A stretch of 64,000 bases of DNA. Source: Terriglobia bacterium (GTDB lineage Bacteria > Acidobacteriota > Terriglobia > 2-12-FULL-54-10). Every line of letters begins with the position of its first letter. Position 1 is the first letter of the stretch. The notes beneath the pieces are model-generated. The model did not search any database. It was not told the origin of the DNA and worked only from the letters and a program-made list of their open reading frames with translations. The stretch covers positions 160,001 to 224,000 of the forward strand of contig CAXVYR010000004.1 in assembly GCA_963666975.2 (NCBI GenBank), in the 5' to 3' direction. Below are positions 61,501 through 64,000 of the stretch, in pieces. Made by a program: the position numbers and the translations under genes.

Positions 61501-61821
61501 CCGGATCTGGACCTTAAATCCCGGCGAGGTGGCCTGCACCCGGTAGTTGCCCAGAGGAAGCTGTGGAGCAACATAGGTGCCACTTGCATTGCTCTCTACC
61601 GTACGGGTTGCGCCGGTATCGACATTCCTGACTTCCACAGTCGCCCCGGGAATTACCGCACCCGTCGTATCCTCTACGGTGCCCAGGATGGTGGCGGTAA
61701 TCGTCTGGGCCCGGCCTACGGAACCGAGCAGAAACACTATGCAGAGCGCCGTCAAAACCATCTTGCTAATCGCTTGTCGAACCGGGAAAGAAACCAACGT
61801 CGGGCAAAAGCTGAGCCGCAT
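58501..61821 (-). CDS. TonB-dependent receptor, Oar-like, with carboxypeptidase-regulatory-like N-domain
   Basis: GTVEDTTGAVIPGATV, LPLNGR, YEYFRN..LDAKNFFD, FAPRVG.SWD, RQIQFALKVVF (terminal F). Confidence 0.95.
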   Translation of the reverse strand: MRLSFCPTLVSFPVRQAISKMVLTALCIVFLLGSVGRAQTITATILGTVEDTTGAVIPGATVEVRNVDTGATRTVESNASGTYVAPQLPLGNYRVQATSPGFKVQIRTGITLTVGQAATIDLVLEVGDVTESVTVTGEAPLVETTGMSTMGGLVTSQAVRDLPLNGRSFAQLATLTPGVVPNTQSGGEFLIGRATKLSVGGARGSMNTFLLDGTAIDNSYNSGPGGAKGFLLGVDTIREFKVLVNNYSSEYGKNAGGVINVVTLGGTNTLHGSIYEYFRNDKLDAKNFFDDATQPIPPFRRNQFGVAVGGPIRQDKLFFHVNYEGFRERLGISHASPVLTARAQQGFLEDEACPGGCGPGAAAGERFVGVDPKMRPYLDILPLPNSPRTLGPNVGEWLGGSSQPGTEDFISARLDYNISDNDTIFGRYTFSDSELLPPYLLPTFGADEGIRLHFLTIQHTHIFSPTLLNTARFGFARNARNMNSIQLKPLDPSLDFNDKFPFGVGGGLNIPALAAGVRGSPLENGVLNPIDSVLNNFEYANTIDWTKGRHTIKTGFKLSRLRNNNSIKVFPSWLYFFSNIENVLTANPLGFFGESLVSDTDRSLRHTMYGAFIQDDIRVLPNLSLSLGVRYENMRAPMETNGKLAHWYDLTEMEPTIAPNNGKGPYYEDFCTYCFAPRVGISWDPTNSGKTSVRGGFGLFFDQLGPAHYTTGLPPKAGRKFVLFLAGLGVPGFPKADFPNETVPGISGPYQIESDLYNHMPYMMHFNLNIQQQLSNSMSFSIGYAGSNGVHLVIPVDAGSRPADRLADGRWFNPADAMGNPLYPRLSPNIGESSIKQTGAHSTYHGLILSLERRFSQGLATQINYTFSKNVDDSSEEYTVTSRSSRKNVHNRHDFASSRSVGTFSRRNIFNTNVAYDLPFGRDLTGAAGKLLDGWQISSIINAYSGFPINVTMEFDTARSGTAPGVNTGHRPNLRPGFSNNPTSGVTAGCQGIPAGQKLQDPTRWFDPCAFEQQEPGFYGNSGRNTVVGPGLFTFDFAIKKATPLTERVRLEFESQVFNMFNRPNFDVPQTSVLGDATNTRLPNAGVIASTSTTSRQIQFALKVVF

Positions 61822-62361
61822 ATCTCCTCCTTAAAGTTTTCACACCCCAGATGTAGGGACCCGGACCAAAGTCATCCCACGCCAGCAGGATTGGACACAC
61901 CAAACAGGCTCACTCGAACCCCACTTACCTGCCCGGGAGCGCCCTTTCCTCCGGAAATGCATCGATCATCCGGAAAAAGGAAACCTTTTGTTGCCGGAAT
62001 TAACGTGACAGTTCCAGCTCTGTTATCGAAAGACTCACCAAAAAAGAATTAGGTCAGGCAAAAAACCGTAAGCCTCAGTCATTTTCTCGAAAGGAACAGC
62101 AATGTTGTAAAATCTACTTTCCCCTGTGATCAGGGCAAGCCAACGCGACGCCGTTATCCAAAGCATTTTCCGTGAAGGTATAGACCGGAATTAACTTTTT
62201 GGCTCTCCGGCGGTTGAGAATAAAGCCGGTTTCCCCATTGGTATGAATGGTGGTGCGATTGCGGCGTTGTCGGAAATTAAGGGCCTCAGGAACCATAATA
62301 GTTCGTGTTCGATGCGATGCTTAATTGCGTCAGAGTTAATTTCATAGCCACCGACTAGCAA

Positions 62362-62390
62362 AATTTACGCGGGTCCCTCTGGCTTGTCAA
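62362..62390 (-). promoter_or_regulatory. Sigma70 promoter facing the receptor-amidohydrolase cluster
   Basis: TTGACA-N17-TAAATT. Confidence 0.6.
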
Positions 62391-62636
62391 GTCTTTTTTG
62401 TGTTATCACAGCTATCCGGTTAAAAGTCGAACAAAGTCAACTGGCTGTGATCTACAACTAAATTGTCCTGGCAGTTCGATGCTTCCAACACCTGTAGAAT
62501 GGTAACCGGCCCCTGGTTTTTTGAGCCAGATGGAGAGTGCGTTTTGCGGAAAATCGAGGACTTGAGGGTGCTTCCGCCACTGCCTAGCTCGACGCTCTTG
62601 CATCCGGGACGGGTCCATATATGCCCCCCCCCCGAG

Positions 62637-63684
62637 CTACGATTGTAACCGGGGCATGACTTCTTCGGCCAGCAGCTCCAATTGGTCCTTATCGAAGCTG
62701 AGAGGATTCAGTATGATATGATCCATGCCACCCACTGCGGAGATGCGGTCCCGGATGTGGCTGCTGATTTCTTCTGCTGTTCCTAGCAGGTAGTGCTGCT
62801 GATTCCAAATTCATCCCGGAGAACCGTGAGAAGTAGTGCTGCTGCCAATATTCCAAATTCATCCCGGAGAACCGTGAGAAGTACGGCGCCGCCTTTTCCG
62901 GAGCTTCTCCTTTCTGAAGCACGTAGACGAAATTCGAGTAAGCGAGTTGGATATCCCTTGGGGCGTCGCGGCCGTACTCAGTGGCGTAGGTGCAGATCCG
63001 GTCCCAGTCTTCCCGCGCCCCTTCGGCGGTAACGGAAGAGTGTGGCACCCAGACATCAGCAAAACGGGCAATTCGGCGGAGCACTGGCCCCAGATCGGGT
63101 GTCTTTTGACCGTAGATGAGCTCAAAGGGCTGGCTGCCTCCCCCGATCCAGATCGGCGGGTGGGGTTTCTGCGTCGGCTTGGGTTCGATAGAAAGATTCT
63201 CGAAACGATAAAATTTTCCTTGATAGGTTACGTTATTCGCAGTCCAGAGTTCCTTTAGAATCTGGAGACACTCCGTTGTCCGCTTTCCCCTCTCCGTCCA
63301 GGGAACCTCCATCAGTTCGAATTCTTCTTGGTTCCATCCCACCCCAATGCCCATGATGAATCTCCCGCCACAGAGGAAGTCGAGTGTCGCGGTTTGTTTT
63401 GCCAGATACATGGGGTTCCGGATCGGCAGCACCATCACAAGAGGCCCGACGCGCATCTTCCGGGTCCTGCTGGCAATTGCCGTCAGCAGGACCATGGGCT
63501 CCAACCAGGTACATGCGTATGCAGGAGGCGTAATGACAAAGTGGTCAATGGTAAAGGCCGACTCAAAGCCGAGTTGTTCGGCGCGTTCCAAGTAGTTCAC
63601 GATTGTGTCTAGCCCGTCGGTCTCATCTCCCAGGACGAAGGTGGGAAGCCTCAGTCCGAAGCTGGTACCCTTTGCTTTCGCCAT
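62637..63684 (-). pseudogene. LLM-class flavin-dependent oxidoreductase, frameshifted by a 43-nt imperfect duplication (62790-62832)
   Basis: LLM motifs; removing the duplication restores ..QHYLLGTAEEI..QLELLAEEVMPRLQS*. Confidence 0.85.
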
Positions 63685-63806
63685 CGATTCTTCCTCCTTC
63701 ATTCGGAATCTCTTCCGCTCTCAATTCGCAGGAAATTCTGCCGCGATCTTCCCGATCCCGGACAGGAAAGACATCTTGCTGTGAGGTTCCGGCTTCTGGT
63801 CGGGAA

Positions 63807-64000
63807 TCATTTCAAGCCGTCCTCTTTCTTGGCCTCCTCCTTCTTCAGGCCACCGACCCGGGGATGCGGCCGGCCCGAGTTGGTGACGGCCAGAGCCACC
63901 AGGATTTCGTTCGCTTTCGGCGCGTCATGGACTCGGACCTCCATGGCGTCGAAGTGGGAGCGAACAAAGGCGGCGTCCTTGTAATTGAGGGGAATATCAA
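63807..64000 (-). CDS. Amino acid synthesis family (AA_synth/DUF1185) protein, 3' part
   Basis: Own translation DIPLNYKDAAFVRSHFDAMEVRVHDAPKANEILVALAVTNSGRPHPRVGGL. Confidence 0.85.
   Translation of the reverse strand, partial: DIPLNYKDAAFVRSHFDAMEVRVHDAPKANEILVALAVTNSGRPHPRVGGLKKEEAKKEDGLK

Overview
GC-rich bacterial chromosomal window, most consistent with an Acidobacteriota genome (inferred from an Oar-type TonB-dependent receptor, GGCACGGCTTCAGCCGTGCC-type REP clusters and a DUF1573-type exported protein). (i) 1-~12.95 kb is a scrambled tyrosine-integrase island between nuoA (13215-13571) and a truncated nuoB 5' fragment. It holds an intact stand-alone UG/Abi-type reverse transcriptase, a decayed Nmad3-type gene pair, three tandem secreted double-Cache proteins, two inverted copies each of an element end and of an ori-like/coupling-protein-fragment module, and an IS1595 (IS1016 group) copy. 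(ii) 13.2-38 kb is mostly backbone: a polyferredoxin behind a putative metal-sensing arrest peptide, glutaryl-CoA dehydrogenase/carboxyltransferase/biotin carrier, radical SAM, LLM, lysC, tyrS, rhomboid, SPFH/NfeD, mobA, MlaF-like ATPase, long Icl2-type isocitrate lyase and aceB. (iii) 38-64 kb is a catabolic region with ten amidohydrolase-superfamily genes. Six are exported, mosaic tandem paralogues directly behind a TonB-dependent receptor, followed by a cytochrome c/Vgb propeller protein. Several genes carry single lesions (premature stops, a 43-nt duplication). No rRNA, tRNA or CRISPR array was seen. All family calls are from motif recognition, not database searches.
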